Assembly (NCBI GenBank): GCA_951406725.2
Contig: OX597829.1
Span: forward strand, 2,480,001-2,544,000
Direction of reading: 5' to 3'
Length of the DNA stretch: 64,000 nt
From: Octopus vulgaris
Lineage: Eukaryota
Shown in pieces: positions 26,330-40,639 of the stretch; positions within the stretch are counted from its first letter, which is position 1; every line of letters begins with the position of its first letter. The position numbers and the translations under genes were made by a program. The notes beneath the pieces are model-generated. The model saw only the letters and a list, made by a program, of their open reading frames with translations. It did no database searches and had not been told where the DNA came from.

Positions 26330-28260
26330 TATAGAAAACAAAAAGCCAGGAAAACCCTACTATATCGGTACGTTTCAATTGAGAAGAGATGAGATGAAAT
26401 AGCCATCTACGTCCTGATACAAAAATGTTTCAGAGGAATTTGTTGTGATATTGGTTTCGTCATCCGAGCAAAAACAATACGGCAGTTTTGGTTGGATGCT
26501 TCTCTGAAGTAAGAAACAGAAACATTCCATTGCTCCATATATGAGTATGGATTTTATCCTCATTGTGATACGCTTATGTAGGCGAGTGAAGATAAAAAAA
26601 ACTTCGGATGTGTCGCCAGAATTAAACATCTGGTGGCTGGTGGCATGTATTGTTTCTTGGAGAAGTTGATTCTCTTCTAGAAATTAAAATGCATTGACAG
26701 GAATTGCGTTAGAGGTCATCATCCATGAGAAACCAGAAGACGTGGACAAAGTTCCGTATTATATACATTTCCCAAATGGAAACCAACTTCAAATCATGAT
26801 AGAAGGGAAACGGTCAAAGTGCTACTTATGTGAAAGCACTAACCATTTGAAGGCTTTCCGTTCACAACAACTGAAGGGAGCAAAAAAAAATTCCATCTCC
26901 TCCGAACCCTCATCAAAAACAATACAATCACCAGCAGAAATAAACATACCAAAATATGTATTTTAACCTGACAAGAGAGAAAGAACTCATGGTAGTATAT
27001 CCAAGAAAATGTTACGCTTGTAGTTTTGCCTTTACGTGGAGACTCAGTTTGTGAAACTTTGGTGGTATACATTAAACAGATCAAAATGGTTATATGTTTA
27101 CATATTACCCACCAGGTGCTCCAAAACATGGGGATTGGTTTGGGGAGATCCTCAAAAACATAGATGACAACCATCACATACTTTTTCTAAGAGACTTTAA
27201 TTTCCCTAATGTCGAACAGCATGAACAGAGGCAAGCAGGGTCTCTGCCTAATCTTACAAACATGCTGTTCATGGGGCACATAATGCTCAATCCAATAAGG
27301 AGTAAATATATTTTGGACATCTGCTTCACAAATAATGCGGCACTCATCTATAATGTTAAGTTGGCAACAACGGTTTTCTCCGACAATAACTTGGTAGAAG
27401 TAACAATATATGGTCCGCAGAAAACTACAGACAAGCAGGTTACTAAAAGCACCCTACTCCTTTCCAGCCGGAAAGCTGATTGGAATGGTACTCAGAAAGA
27501 GGTCATGTCACAAAAAAGTAGTTTCCTATTCTTTCTATGTAGGACATTGACGTAAAGCTACAACACCTTACGACAACCATGCAAGACATTTGCAATAAGT
27601 CTGCTCCAGCGAGAAAGTCAAACCGACAGAAAAGCATAATTCTCGAGGATAGGAAAATTCTGACGAGACAACAAGGTTCTAAAATTGCATAAATGGGCCT
27701 CTAAAGGATAGTGAAGATGTCTATCTCAAAGGGACACTGCTTCAGATTGAGAGTAAACTCAAACACACTCACGAAAAGGAGTGGGTAGATAAAGAAGCTT
27801 GGACTGTAAAAAAAAAAATCTAAAGAGAAGCCCAAAAGCCTTCTACAGTTTTGAAAAAGAATTTGCTTCAGTACAGTACAAGATAGGGCCACTGGTCGAA
27901 GAAAATGGCTCACAGGCTGCGGACCCGCAAAGAATGAGATATTGAATATGCAGTACAAAAGTGTTTCACATTTCTGTTGGGACAGTTGCAAATGAATATG
28001 CCAAACAAGTTCTTTCATTCAAAGTTTTACATGAAGGGATAGCAACTATCGATTACATCGAGTCAGAGGAATTAGATATAATATCAGCCATTGATGAAAT
28101 GAACTTAAACTCAGCCACTGACCCTGATGGATTTCCGGCAATCTTCCTTGAAGAATGCAAATGGGCCGGAGCATGATCTTTGCAGATTTTCTGCCGAAGC
28201 TACTTTGCAAATGATAGACGTCATAGAAAGTTCAAGGAAAGCATGTACTATTCATGGAAA
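26330..28260 (+). pseudogene. Degenerate LINE fragments: ORF1 zinc knuckle, APE endonuclease, RT N-terminus
   Basis: CYLCESTNHLK; YYPP..DFNFPNV..ILDICFTN..FSDNNLV; SATDPDGFPAIFLEEC. Confidence 0.75.
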
Positions 28261-28629
28261 GAAAAAAAAAAGAAAAAAAAAAAAAGAGAAAGAAAAATCA
28301 CACCAATCAAACGAGTAAGATAAGGAGGAAACAACAAACAATACATGATGTCAGGCCAGGAAAAAAAAGGCCAGAAAAAGTGAGATATGAAACGAAAGAA
28401 TAGCAATGGAAGAATGTGTACAATGAAAATAATGACGTCAGTGAAACAAACTGATTATAGACTTTATCAAAGAAACGGACAATAAATAAGAGAAAGAGAA
28501 AAAGAAATGATGCCGAAGTTAGATGCTTGTTTATATGGCAAAGTTAGGCCTATTATTTAATGAGTTTTATAGCAATTAAATAATTGAATAAATTAAGAAG
28601 TATAAAAACAAGTAAATAAAGGTATATAC

Positions 28630-28822
28630 TCTTTTATTTGTTTCAATCATTTGACTGTGGCCATGCTGGAGCACCGCCTTTTAGCCGAGCAAATCGATCC
28701 CAGGACTTATTCTTTGTAAGCCTAGTATTTATTCTATCGGTTTCTTTCATCGAAACGCTAAGTTACGGGGACGTAAACACACCAGCATCGGTTGTCAAGC
28801 GACGGTGGGGGAAAAACACACA

Positions 28823-28873
<51 letters not shown>

Positions 28874-29065
28874 AAATATATATATATATATAGATATATA
28901 CGACGGGTTTCTTTCGGTTTCCATCTACCAAATCCACTCACAAGGCTTTGATCGGCCCGAAGCTATAGTAGAAGACATTTGCCCAAGGTGCCACGCAGTG
29001 GGACTGAACCCGGAACCACGTGGTTGGTAAGCAAGCTATTTACCACACAGCCACTCCTACGCCTA
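28630..29065 (-). mobile_element. tRNA-derived SINE, full length
   Basis: Minus head ggcgtaggagtggctgtgtggtaa...ggttccgggttcagtccc; internal (CA)n; tail ...ggtgctccagcatggccacagtc. Confidence 0.85.
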
Positions 29066-29344
29066 TAATGTATATGTATACAAAAGTTACACTTGGTGTT
29101 GATTCGAAACAAAACGCAACGTCCATCAAACTGAGTTATATCCTGCTTATATATGGTAAATGCCTAATATTCCCTTCAGGCCCCCAAACGTCTTATCCGT
29201 GTGTAGTTATGTGTTGCGCAGATGTGAAGAAATCGTTTTATGACGAAACAAATGGAAGCAAAATAAACAAACAGTATATACCCAACTGCATGTTTCTTTA
29301 TAAGACATGGCTTAATATTACTATATTCTCTACCCTCACACAGT

Positions 29345-29389
<45 letters not shown>

Positions 29390-29512
29390 ATTGTGTGGGT
29401 GTATATACATGCACATGAGGACATATGTATGTATGTATGTATGTATGTAATGTATGTATGTATGCCTGTATATATGTATGTATGTATGCATGCATGCATG
29501 CATGCATGTATG

Positions 29513-29546
<34 letters not shown>

Positions 29547-29548
29547 TG

Positions 29549-29580
<32 letters not shown>

Positions 29581-29594
29581 TGTATGTATGTTTG

Positions 29595-29628
<34 letters not shown>

Positions 29629-29901
29629 TGTATGTATGTATGTATGTATGTATGTGTGTGTGTATGTATATATATATATATAAATACATACATACACACA
29701 TTCAGCTAGCCATACATACAAACATATATGTATACACACACACACACACATATATATATACATATATATACATACACGCATATACATATACATACATACA
29801 TACACACTCTTCCATCCATCTAGCCACACATACATCCGTATATACAAAGACATATATGTGTGTGTGTGTGTGTGTGTTTTGTGTGTATGTGTGTGTTTTG
29901 T

Positions 29902-29962
<61 letters not shown>

Positions 29963-30239
29963 TGTGTCTGTGTCTGTGTGTGTGTGTGTCTGTGTCGGCG
30001 TGTTTGTGTTTATTTGAGATTTATATTTTCGGCAAAACATAATACGAGTCAGTCTTTTACAAAACGACATGAATCCGGTGTTTTAAGTCAACACAGTTTC
30101 TGGTAAGTGTGCATAAAAGGGAAACATAAAATGTCTGTTTTAATCTAATAATACTTCTGTTGCATGTAACGGATTTTTATTCAGCCGGGCAACTAATTGC
30201 TATATCAACGATTGCTTATTCACTGTAAGTGTGTGTATA

Positions 30240-30312
<73 letters not shown>

Positions 30313-30410
30313 AATTATTATTTGAGGGAATATTAATCCAAACTTACAGGGAAAAAATTCAATTTAGAAATACTAAATCAAATTTCACACAATATAATCT
30401 ATATATATAT

Positions 30411-30729
30411 AAAATTAGAAAAAAAAAACACCTTTTATCAATTCAAAATGAACAATTAAATTACACCATCTAGAAAATTACATATAATAGAAATATTAAA
30501 AATTAAATAACAATAAAATACAGAGGATTAAGTAAATTGCAAAAAAATTATTTAAAAAATAATACAAACCAATTATATACGTTTTTATTATTCTTTTTTT
30601 TGCAATTTACTTAATCATTGGTATTTTATTGTTATTTTATATTTAATATTTCTATTATATGTAATTTTCTAGATGGTGTAATTTAATTGTTCATTTTGAA
30701 TTGATAAAAGGTGGTTTTTTCTAATTTTC
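30411..30729. repeat. AT-rich foldback palindrome
   Basis: caccttttatcaattcaaaatgaacaattaaattacaccatctagaaaattac is mirrored at 30661-30713. Confidence 0.85.
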
Positions 30730-30747
30730 TCTCTCTCTCTCTCCCTC

Positions 30748-30840
<93 letters not shown>

Positions 30841-30877
30841 AATTAGAAAAAACCAGCAGCAGAAAATTCAACAAAAC

Positions 30878-30915
30878 CTGTTACTCTGAGTTTCATGTTC
30901 CCGTTCGTCGGACAG
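30878..30915 (-). ncRNA. Hammerhead motif, U4C core
   Basis: Minus: ctgt-CCGACGA-acg(ggaa)cat-GAAA-ctcagag-TA-acag. Confidence 0.6.
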
Positions 30916-31110
30916 TTTTTGCTAGCATATTACTCTACTCCTGGTATTTGAGTACTCTTTTTTCACCTAGTTTCACATTTATGTGTTTACTCCGGTATAT
31001 ATATATATATAACGGGAAGCTTTATGAAAATAAACAAAAGACGAAGGCAGGTGGAAAACAAACGAACAATTGTATTAGTATGGCGCTCAGGAAATATAAA
31101 TAAAACAAGT

Positions 31111-31146
31111 CTTTAACGTTTCGAGCCTACGCTCTTCAACAGAAAG
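31111..31146 (-). ncRNA. Hammerhead-like motif, A6U core
   Basis: Minus: cttt-CTGTTGA-a-gagc(gtag)gctc-GAAA-cg-TT-aaag; related degenerate copy at 32818-32853 (+). Confidence 0.5.
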
Positions 31147-31553
31147 ATACACAGAGAGAGAAAAACACAGAAAGAAGGAGAGAAAAAAATGCGTGCAGTA
31201 GCTAACGAATCAACATGGCGATCTGATTTCGGCCAGAGGTCAAAGATCAAACATGAGACGCGAGAGCGAAATAAGGGGAGATAATAGGGTTGATAAAAGG
31301 GTTGAGGGACCAGCTAAAAGTGCGTGGGAGGGGTCTGGATGTGTGTATGTATAGGGTTGGTGTATGTATTAGTATGTATAAGGGTGTATGTGTGTGTGTG
31401 TGTATGAGAGAGTATTAGTGCGTAGGATTGGTCTGGACGTGCGTATGTATGGGGTTGGTGTATGTATTAGTATGTATTAGTATGTATTAGTACGTATTGG
31501 TATGTATAGGTGTGTGTGTGTGTGTGTGTGAGAGAGTATAAGTGCGTATGCGG

Positions 31554-31624
<71 letters not shown>

Positions 31625-32126
31625 CATACATGTACATGTCAGTGGTGACAGATTTCGTCTAAGCGTGCTTGCTGTGAGTACACATTATTGATAATGCCTA
31701 ATGCGACAGAAATATATTTAATGTCCTCATTCACCACTGCTGGGACGAGTTCCATCTTTGCCTGGTAAACACATATTGCATTTTTAAACACAGTGTGTTC
31801 GTGAGAGAAACCGCAATAAATTGTACCTGTCACAATGTAATTACTTTTAGTATAATATATAAATGGCTGTTTTTATCTAATATTCATCCTATTGCATGTA
31901 GCAGATATTCTTTTATTCTGTTATTTGTTTCAGTCATTTGATTGTGGCCATGCTGGAGCACCGCCTCTAGTCGAACAAATTGAGCCCCAGGACTTATTCT
32001 TAGTAAAGCCTAGTACTTATTCTATCGATCACTTTTATCAAGCCGCTAAGTTACGGGGACTAAACTCATCAACATCAGTTGTCAAGTGATGGTGGGAGGA
32101 AACACGCACAGACACACACACACACG

Positions 32127-32246
32127 GCTTACTACAATATCACGTTGAAAGCACCGGTTATCGTCCGATCACCGAAATTAAGCAACATCGAGCCTATGGA
32201 GTACTTAGATGCGTGACCGCTTGGGAAACCTAGGTGCTGTAAACGT
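32127..32246 (+). pseudogene. 5S rRNA pseudogene (isolated, full length, diverged)
   Basis: atatcacgttgaaagcaccggttatcgtccgatcaccgaaattaagcaac...agtacttagatgcgtgaccgcttgggaa matches the metazoan 5S pattern with helix-breaking changes; no immediate oligo-T terminator. Confidence 0.85.
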
Positions 32247-32439
32247 CTCGCCTATTTTATAGGTGCAGGAGTAGCCGTGTGGTAAGTAGCTTTTTTTTTG
32301 CTTTGTTTTCTTCTTTTGAACTATTGTTTATATCTTCTATTGTGACTTTTTATTGCACTGTTTGTTTTTATTTCTTTCTTCTTCCCTTTTGTTTTCTTTT
32401 GAATTCTCTCTTTCCTTTGTGTGAACTATTGTTTTGAAC

Positions 32440-32730
32440 ATAGCAAAAAAATACGGATAAGATTGTAGTGTGAGAGATTGTCCCGCCGAAGCAGTGGTTA
32501 AAAGTTATGGAGGAGAAGACGTTGGTAGTTAGAACTTATTCTAAAGTTCTTGATATCCTCACCGTCTTCCCAAAACCAGTTATAGAACTTGAACTGAAAG
32601 ACTATTTGTCCTCGGTGAAATACATACCCCGCGGTGTCAAACATGCAACCGTATGGTTGTTGTTTGACACCCGGGAGAAGGCTCGTAATTTCGCAAGCCA
32701 GCCCTTGGAGGGCAACGAAATTCATGCATT
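32440..32730 (+). pseudogene. Possible LINE ORF1 N-terminal fragment
   Basis: Non-repetitive ORF 32507- (MEEKTLVVRTYSK...VWLLFDTREKA) truncated by (CATA)n; RRM-like pattern. Confidence 0.35.
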
Positions 32731-34314
32731 CATACATACATACATACATACATACATCGCCATGATAGATCGTTAGCCACTACACACATTTTTTCTCTCC
32801 TTGTTTTTTCTGTGTTCCTTTCTGTAGAAGAGCGTAGGCTCGAAAAGTAAAAGACTTTTTCTATTCCTGAGCGTTTTAATAATACATCTGTTTGTTTTTG
32901 TACACCACCTGTCTTCGTCTTTTGTTTCTTTCGTAAACTCTCCCTACATCTATACATACATACGTTCGGGCATGCATCCATACACATACACACATATAAA
33001 TATATCTGTATAAATATGAAAGAATTACCAATCCACATTTTGCCATTTGTCTTTACACGATTGAATTTAACTCGAGTGCATTGTTGCATTTTCTTCATCA
33101 ACCCTCTTGACACAAAAAAACATGATGTGTAAAACCATGTCTTGAAGGTTCATTCTGTCATAACAATATGGTGCTTCAGGGTGATGTCAAGGCTCGATTC
33201 GAATAAGATGACCTCAGAATTGCAGGAATCGCCCAGGGGACATCTGCAATTCATTGTGCAAGAGAAAATATGGTCTCAGTGGATACTGCAGATTTATAGG
33301 ATTTAATTTGTTCCTTATTAGCAATACGGTTAAGCAGTTTTCTATATCAATAGTTTGTAGAGAAGAGCTTATCTGTTAATCTTAGGAAATATTTTGCTAT
33401 GTTTAACTTAGCGTGTGGCAAGTAACCTTGTAAACAAATTAATATTTCATCACCTTTTATTTTGATGGATCAGGATTTGGAATATAGCTAATTTTATCAC
33501 TGAATGTTCTAGCTTCCAGGACAACGTTATAATAAGGAACTACATAATCAAAAATCTTTTTTCTAAAAGACTGATTCAAGATGATACTACTTAAGCTGTT
33601 GTTAAGAGTGTGTATACCATAAGTAACAGGTGTGAGGCCGTTTTTATGTCAGTAAGATATGCTTTTGGTTTTAAAATCAGTTGCTTTGATAACGAACATT
33701 CAGTTATTCGAGAATTAACCCGTTTGAACATTCAAGAAATACGTTTAATCATAACTGTTATTTTCCGGTTGAATAAGCATGACATATGCAAAAGAGGCTA
33801 TACTTTTTGAATTACAGATGTAAGAAATCCGACAGGCTGCCGCACATTTTCCACTTTCACTCATAATTCTTGAATCAACTTGGAACAAAAGTGAAAGGCA
33901 CTGGGATCCAACCTGGTACAATGTTATTGAGAAGCAGACTTTTTAACCATTCGGCCAACATGCGTATACACACACACATCTTATAGAACCTAGCTGTTCT
34001 TTCTAGCGTGTTGAATCCTATGAGTGGATTCCCCATGTGTTTAAATGTACACTGTATCTTATGACTAATACAAAGTCTTTGGACTAAATTTTTACACGTT
34101 AGGCCACTGGAAATGAAAATTTTAATTAATTTCCATTTCCCTTTGATATGATTAAATATTGTAAGTTTTTGGATAATTTTCGGTTTTTAAAAGTTGACAT
34201 TTTTTATTGCTGGCGAAGGAACTGCGGCTGCACAGTAGATTTTGAAAAAGTTAGGATATATAAACAAGGGGCACGTAGTTTGATCGCCTTGTGTGTATAT
34301 GTTTAACCCTAGGT

Positions 34315-34403
34315 TTTCCTGCTGAAGACCATTTCACCTGGCGGGTAGATATGTTATTCATTTACTCGCTAAACTAAAATCAGAAACCAATTGGTCCAGG
34401 AAA
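34315..34403 (+). ncRNA. Type I hammerhead motif in a direct-repeat-bounded remnant (33983-34548)
   Basis: tttcctg-CTGAAGA-...-GAAA-ccaattgg-TC-caggaaa; base of stem II imperfect. Confidence 0.65.
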
Positions 34404-34545
34404 CTAGATGGCAAAATGTTTTTATCTTTCATTTCGTTCTTGTTGAATTTTATTCCTAATTTTGTGGTTGTAGAACCTAGCTGTTCTTTCTAGCGAGTTG
34501 AATCCTATGAGTGGATTCTTCATGTGTTTAAATGTACACTGTATC

Positions 34546-34576
<31 letters not shown>

Positions 34577-35952
34577 CATACATACATACATGCATACATA
34601 CATACATATATACATACATACATACATACATCCATCCATACATACATACATACATACATACATACATACATACATACATACATACATACATACATACATA
34701 CATACGTACGTACGTACGTATGTATGTATATATATAAGATACAGTGTACATTTAAACACATAACGAATCCACTCATATATATATATTGGCCTGCTCGCTT
34801 AGCCAGCGGGATGGTGTCATTTGAAGGCTAAAACAATGCGAAGCGCATTGTGACCAGCGATGTGTAACAACATCTGATAGCCTGATCGGTCACGGTGATC
34901 ACGATGATATATATATATAGTAAAGTAGCTTGTTACGGCACATAAGTAGTAACAATACTAGACGGTAATTTTTTTTTGCTACTATAATATGGCTGTTCTA
35001 TACAGAACAGTGTTACCACATTTTAGCCGCAGAAAAGCGTCTTTTCCCGCTGGTTAACGACACACAACCTGTGTCCGATATATTGTGAATAAGGGAGCGA
35101 ACCACTTCCCTCCAGCTTGGCACGACCAGTAGACCATGCTTTCTGGGTCTTTGCCTGTCATCGATACTGGACACCTGCCTGCTAGAGATGGCAGTCAATA
35201 GTCCTTAATCACAGAGAAGCGGCAGACAGTCGTTGATCTCATAACGAGATTATATATACATGTGTGTATTTGTGTCTGTGCCTGTGCTGTCTATGTGGAG
35301 GTGCGTGATTTAGTGGTTGGGGTGTTGCATTCATGATCGCAAAATTGGGGTTTCGATTCGTGGACCCGCCGATATGTTGTGTTGTTGAACAAAACCTTAC
35401 ATTTCACGTTGCACCTGTCTACTCATCTGGCGAAAATGAGTAATCTTACCATGGACCGGCGTCCCGTTTAGGTAGGGAATATATGCGGCACTGAATACGG
35501 GAAAGCAGCGTTATCAGCCTATGGCTCGAGAGGGATCTTTGAGCCTTTTTTTTTCCCGAAAGGCGCAAAATGTGTATTGGACAGGGCCATGAAGGGTTGT
35601 TGGTTACTACCGTTGGAAGTGTCCTGGATTCTAACTGCTCAGATATAGTTATCCCATAACACTCAGCTGAAAATGTATACATGTAGTAAACCCTCTTTTT
35701 CTGCGGCATTACTGATGGAAACATATTTTGCAACAAATTATTCATTTGCTCATCATAACCGTTACCTTTTAATTTGATGTGTAAAAGTTTTAACAGAAGG
35801 ATGGCTGACGGATGGGTCATTACAGCGCCCTTCTGACCAGGACTATTAATGTGCACAATAAAGGGGTGTAACTCTGCAATGTTACCCCAACGTAGTAAAA
35901 CAACCGCGATGAAGTTACCCATTTATAACCACTTTTCTACTAATATATATAC

Positions 35953-36032
<80 letters not shown>

Positions 36033-36312
36033 TTTCCTAAAAACTTGATTTCGAAACGTACGTCCGTAGATAACTTAAAATTGTATGATAGATTGCCGTC
36101 AATTCATTCCCTCTTACCTGTTTGTGTCTGCCTTCCAATTGCTGTTTTTACTGAGATCTCCTTTTTAGTAGAAGAAATAGCTATAACTCTTTGACTGCTA
36201 TTTCTAAATTCGGTATGTGGTAAGGCAATTCGTTGCCAAACCCTTTATTGCTTATATATATATATATATAAAAATGTATGTATGTATGCGTTTCTGTATG
36301 TGTGTGTGTGTG

Positions 36313-36439
<127 letters not shown>

Positions 36440-36486
36440 GTGTGTGTATGCGTTTCTGTATGTGTGTGTGTTTGTGTGTGTGTGTG

Positions 36487-36600
<114 letters not shown>

Positions 36601-36892
36601 GTCTAGCTAGCTTCTTATCTATCTGTCTGTCTGTTTGTATGTATGTTTGTATGTATGTACGCGTGTTTATGTATGTGTATGCGTGTATATATATATACAC
36701 ACGCATGCACATACATACACACACATATATAATACACACACACACGGGCATGTGGATGAATTTATGCTTTGTTTCGTGTGAGAATAATTGGGATTAGTCA
36801 TTCATTCTTATGAATCATGTTCATTACACCATTCTCACAAGTGTTGTACTAAAATCACTCTACATCCACTAAAAGTAGGTTGCTGCTGCTGC

Positions 36893-36933
<41 letters not shown>

Positions 36934-37047
36934 CTATGGGCTTTGTTGAATGAGCAAGGCAAGATTTAGATCTTGTGAAGGAATGGGTATTGTGTCTATA
37001 ACAGAATCTGCTAAGACGATTTAATTTAGAAATCAGCAGCAGGTGCA

Positions 37048-37230
37048 GTGGAGGCGCAATGGCCCAGTGGTTAGGGCAGCGGACTCGCGGTCGGAGGATC
37101 GCGGTTTCGATTCCCAAACCAGGCGTTGTGTGTGTTTATTGAGCGAAAACACCTAAAAGCTCCACGAGGCCCCGGCAGGGGGTGGTGACGACCCCCGTTG
37201 TACTCTTTCGCTCCAACTTTCTCTCACTCT
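37048..37230 (+). mobile_element. tRNA-derived SINE 5' part
   Basis: gtggaggcgcaatggcccagtggttagggcagcggactcgcgg...ggtttcgattccc; same family as 46635-46893. Confidence 0.8.
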
Positions 37231-37702
37231 TTCTTCCTGTTTCTTGTCCCCGACTTCCTACGCAACCGCTGAGCCTGGATGCGCATTCATCCATCCGTCG
37301 ATGCCTCGGTGTCGGGGGTTGACCTGCTTTCTCTCTTCTGCGGGTCTTACGAGTAGCAAAGGACCACGTTTCGGACTTTTCCCACAACAGAGGCCCGATC
37401 TTGCGAGCTCTGGGACGAAGACCGCTTCGCTCAACAAGCAAACAAACATGCAGCAGGTGCAGAAGAATTCTTCATTATTACTGTTAATAATAGTTGGCGC
37501 ACTAAAGAAATTGACAAGTAATTCGTTGATAGTTTGAGTATTAACAAGTAAAGATACTTATGAAATCTGTTATCTTATCCAGGAGGGAATATCACATCTC
37601 GAAGCTATCGAAACAGGAACTGAACCTAAGCAGTTTGGATCTTTATAAAAATGTGAGGGTGGTAGGATGGACGTATTGTAGGAGTTCCAACGCTTCATAC
37701 AA

Positions 37703-37935
37703 TGCCGAGCTGGCAGAAACGTTAGCGCGCCGGGCGAAATGCTTAGCGGTATTTCGTCTGCCGCTACGTTCTGAGTTCAAATTCCGCCGAGGTCGACTTT
37801 GCCTTTCATACTTTCGGGGTCGATAAATTAAGTACCAGTTACGCACTGGAGTCGATGTAATCGACCTAATCCGTTTTGTCTGTGCTTGTTTGTCCCTTCT
37901 GTGTTTAGCCCCTTGGGGGCAGTAAAGAAATAGAA
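37703..37935 (+). mobile_element. SINE (family of 40252-40480)
   Basis: gagctggcagaaacgttagc...gagttcaaattccgccgaggtcgac. Confidence 0.8.
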
Positions 37936-38619
37936 ATGCTTAGCTGTATTTCGTTGATATAATCGACTTAATCCGTTTGTCCGTGCTTGTTTGTCCCTGC
38001 TGTGTTTAGCCCCTTGTGGGTAGTAAAGAAATTGGTATCGTAGGTGTTCCAGACAAAATGCCTCGCGTTATTTATTCCGGTTCTTTATGTTCTGGTTTCA
38101 AATCTTGCTGAGGGCAATTTTGACTTTTATCCTTTTAGAATTGATAAAATAAAGTGTCGGCCGAAGATCGATGATACTGTTTAAGTCCTCCCCTCAAATT
38201 TGATGGCCTTTTAGAAATAAAGTTTTTAGAAATAAATGTGGAGATAATGAAATAGGAAACTCAGTAGAGCGTCAAGTAGAATTCGACGTCTCTTCCGGGT
38301 CCCTGTGCACTGTGTTTAAATGCAGAATCGTCGGACACTGATGTGATGCCTTTCGGTAATTTTTTCCGTTCTTATTTTCATTTTATATTCAAGTCTGGCT
38401 CCTATCATAGAGCCTGGAATTTGGACGCAGCTAACTGTGATAAATCCATAATTCTTAGACTACTCGTCAATTGGAATAACAACTCCAGTTACGTTAATAG
38501 AAGGGTTAAACCTTTTAGAAAGCAGAAAAATGATATTAAAAAAACAAAAAAAAATATTAGAAGTGTATGGGCAGAAGATTAAAAAAAATTAAGAAAGGAT
38601 GGTTTTTTTCCCTTATTTT

Positions 38620-39030
38620 CCTTGTTGAATGTGAACGAAGGAGCAGCATCCACGATCACATCATGTCCTAGCAGACCTGTAATTTTGATTCTGTTAAAGT
38701 GCCTTTTAAATTGCCATCGGTCAACATCTACACGGAAGACAGAAGCAGGGAGAAACTCTAGAGGACCGATGTTCAAGTGAGTAAAGACTGGAAGAGGGAT
38801 TAGTGTGGAGGTGTGAGTGGACGCAAAAAAGGTTCAGGAGAAGTGGAGAGATGAATCGGTTGAAAGTACCTTAGTGGAAGGGGTTCGAAACCAGCCAGCT
38901 CCGAGAAATAGAGATTACTACAGTAGTGACAGAAAAGACAGAGAGAGGACATATCACGCTTGAGAGATGGACACTGGAGCATCTGTTAGCAACTGAATGC
39001 CAATCAGTCGAGTGGCCCTTTTCTGGATGC
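38620..39030 (-). pseudogene. 3' fragment of a Jockey/CR1-like LINE
   Basis: RDMSSLCLFCHY and LPASVF..FKRHFNRI resemble LINE ORF2 C-termini. Confidence 0.55.
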
Positions 39031-39054
39031 GGCCCAGGTATTTAAATCCGTCGT

Positions 39055-39364
39055 TCAAGTAACGTAGCAGTATAATCTGAGCCGTGATGTCCTTCTCCCA
39101 ACTCCACTTCCCAACTGGCGGAAACGCGCGGGGGGGGGGGGGCAGCTGAAGACCTGGGATATGACGATCAAGGAGGACCTCTCCGTGCTCACGGGACCGC
39201 AGGTGGTCGACCTACGCCGATGGAACCGTGACTGGCTCGCTATCTCCAGTGAACTGGCACAGGACCGTCGTGCATTGGTTCGAGATGCCTCGAGGGTGGT
39301 AGAAGAAGCCGACTCAACCCGCCCAGGGTGAATGTCGACACAAGTACAAGTAAGTAAGTAAGTA
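39055..39364 (+). mobile_element. RTE LINE 3' fragment
   Basis: WRKRAGG.QLKTWDMTIKEDL..LAQDR peptide and (taag)n tail. Confidence 0.75.
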
Positions 39365-40251
39365 TAATCTGGATTCATACAGTTGACTATGCACTTTCTG
39401 ACATCCCCACAAATATGTGGTTTTGTGTTAGAAATCATTATTAACAAGATTACTTATGCTCCGTATACCACAAATATTCTTGCACACAAGTGCTGACACT
39501 TATTTACACACACACAAATACATACATTGACACATTAATATTCGCATACACAGTTGTACAAGTACACACACATATTAATGAGTTACACATATACAGACAC
39601 AAAGACGCATACAGTCGTACATTGATTCATATACATATATATATACACGTATATACATATATTAATGGCCTACTTGTCATCTCCTCCAGTAATACTCACT
39701 CATACACAAATGATGCCATCTTTTCATTCTTCCTGACCCTTCCACACTCAAGCCACGTCCTCTGGTACCCAGTGAGTGATTCTTTGTGACTAATATTAGG
39801 CCCCATGCCTTCTATTAATATATTAATGAAAAGCCTTCTTCGACATCAGAAAAAAAAAAAGCATCTACCTCATGTATGAAAGCAAACGTAACTCACATCA
39901 CTCCCTTAAACATAAACAGCGTACAGCTAAAGAACTCAAGAAGAAAATCTTTGAAAATTTTCTTGTACCGGATGTACATCCTCAACATAACAAATATTCC
40001 GTCTTCAAGTGTGTGCTTTCCTCCTCAGGGTTTTAAAATAGCTCAGCCCTCAGTAATGACAACTAACCTCACCTCACTTCAAAACTCTGTTGAGGCCAAA
40101 ACTTGTGCATGGTAGACCTGTAACCAATAGGTTTAGGAACATTTAGTATTAGGAGACGACACAGGAAGAATGTATTTTTAAAGTTTATTCCCATTTTATT
40201 GACTATTGCAGACTACAGGCTTTTTTTCACATTAAAGATGTAATTGCAAAA

Positions 40252-40480
40252 GGCGGCGAGCTGGCAGAAACGTTAGCACGCCGGGCGAAATGCGTAGCGG
40301 TATTTCGTCTGCCGTTACGTTCTGAGTTCAAATTCCGCCGAGGTCGACTTTGCCTTTCATACTTTCGGGGTCGATAAATTAAGTACCAGTTACGCACTGG
40401 GGTCGATGTAATCGACTTAATCCGTTTGTCTGTTCTTGTTTGTCCCCTCTGTGTTTAGCCCCTTGTGAGTAATAAAGAAA
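40252..40480 (+). mobile_element. SINE, full length
   Basis: ggcggcgagctggcagaaacgttagc...gagttcaaattcc...aataaagaaa. Confidence 0.85.
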
Positions 40481-40639
40481 TATATATATGTAATTATATT
40501 TCGTTTTTGTATTTGGTTTGCAAGATTCTTTATGTGAATCCGTGTATACAAGCATATTTTATTGTTGAGGAGAGTCATTCTGTAACCTCAGCCAATATTG
40601 TTATATGTTACCACATTTGTTTGCAAGTAGGTAGCCCTC

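Noticed and set aside
36035-36070. Hammerhead at gaaacgtacgtc
   Set aside because: Stem III and GUC are present but there is no recognisable core box or stem I
37048-37125. tRNA genes (also at 23480-23550 and 46820-46893)
   Set aside because: The tRNA-like heads continue into shared SINE bodies and lack a proper acceptor stem
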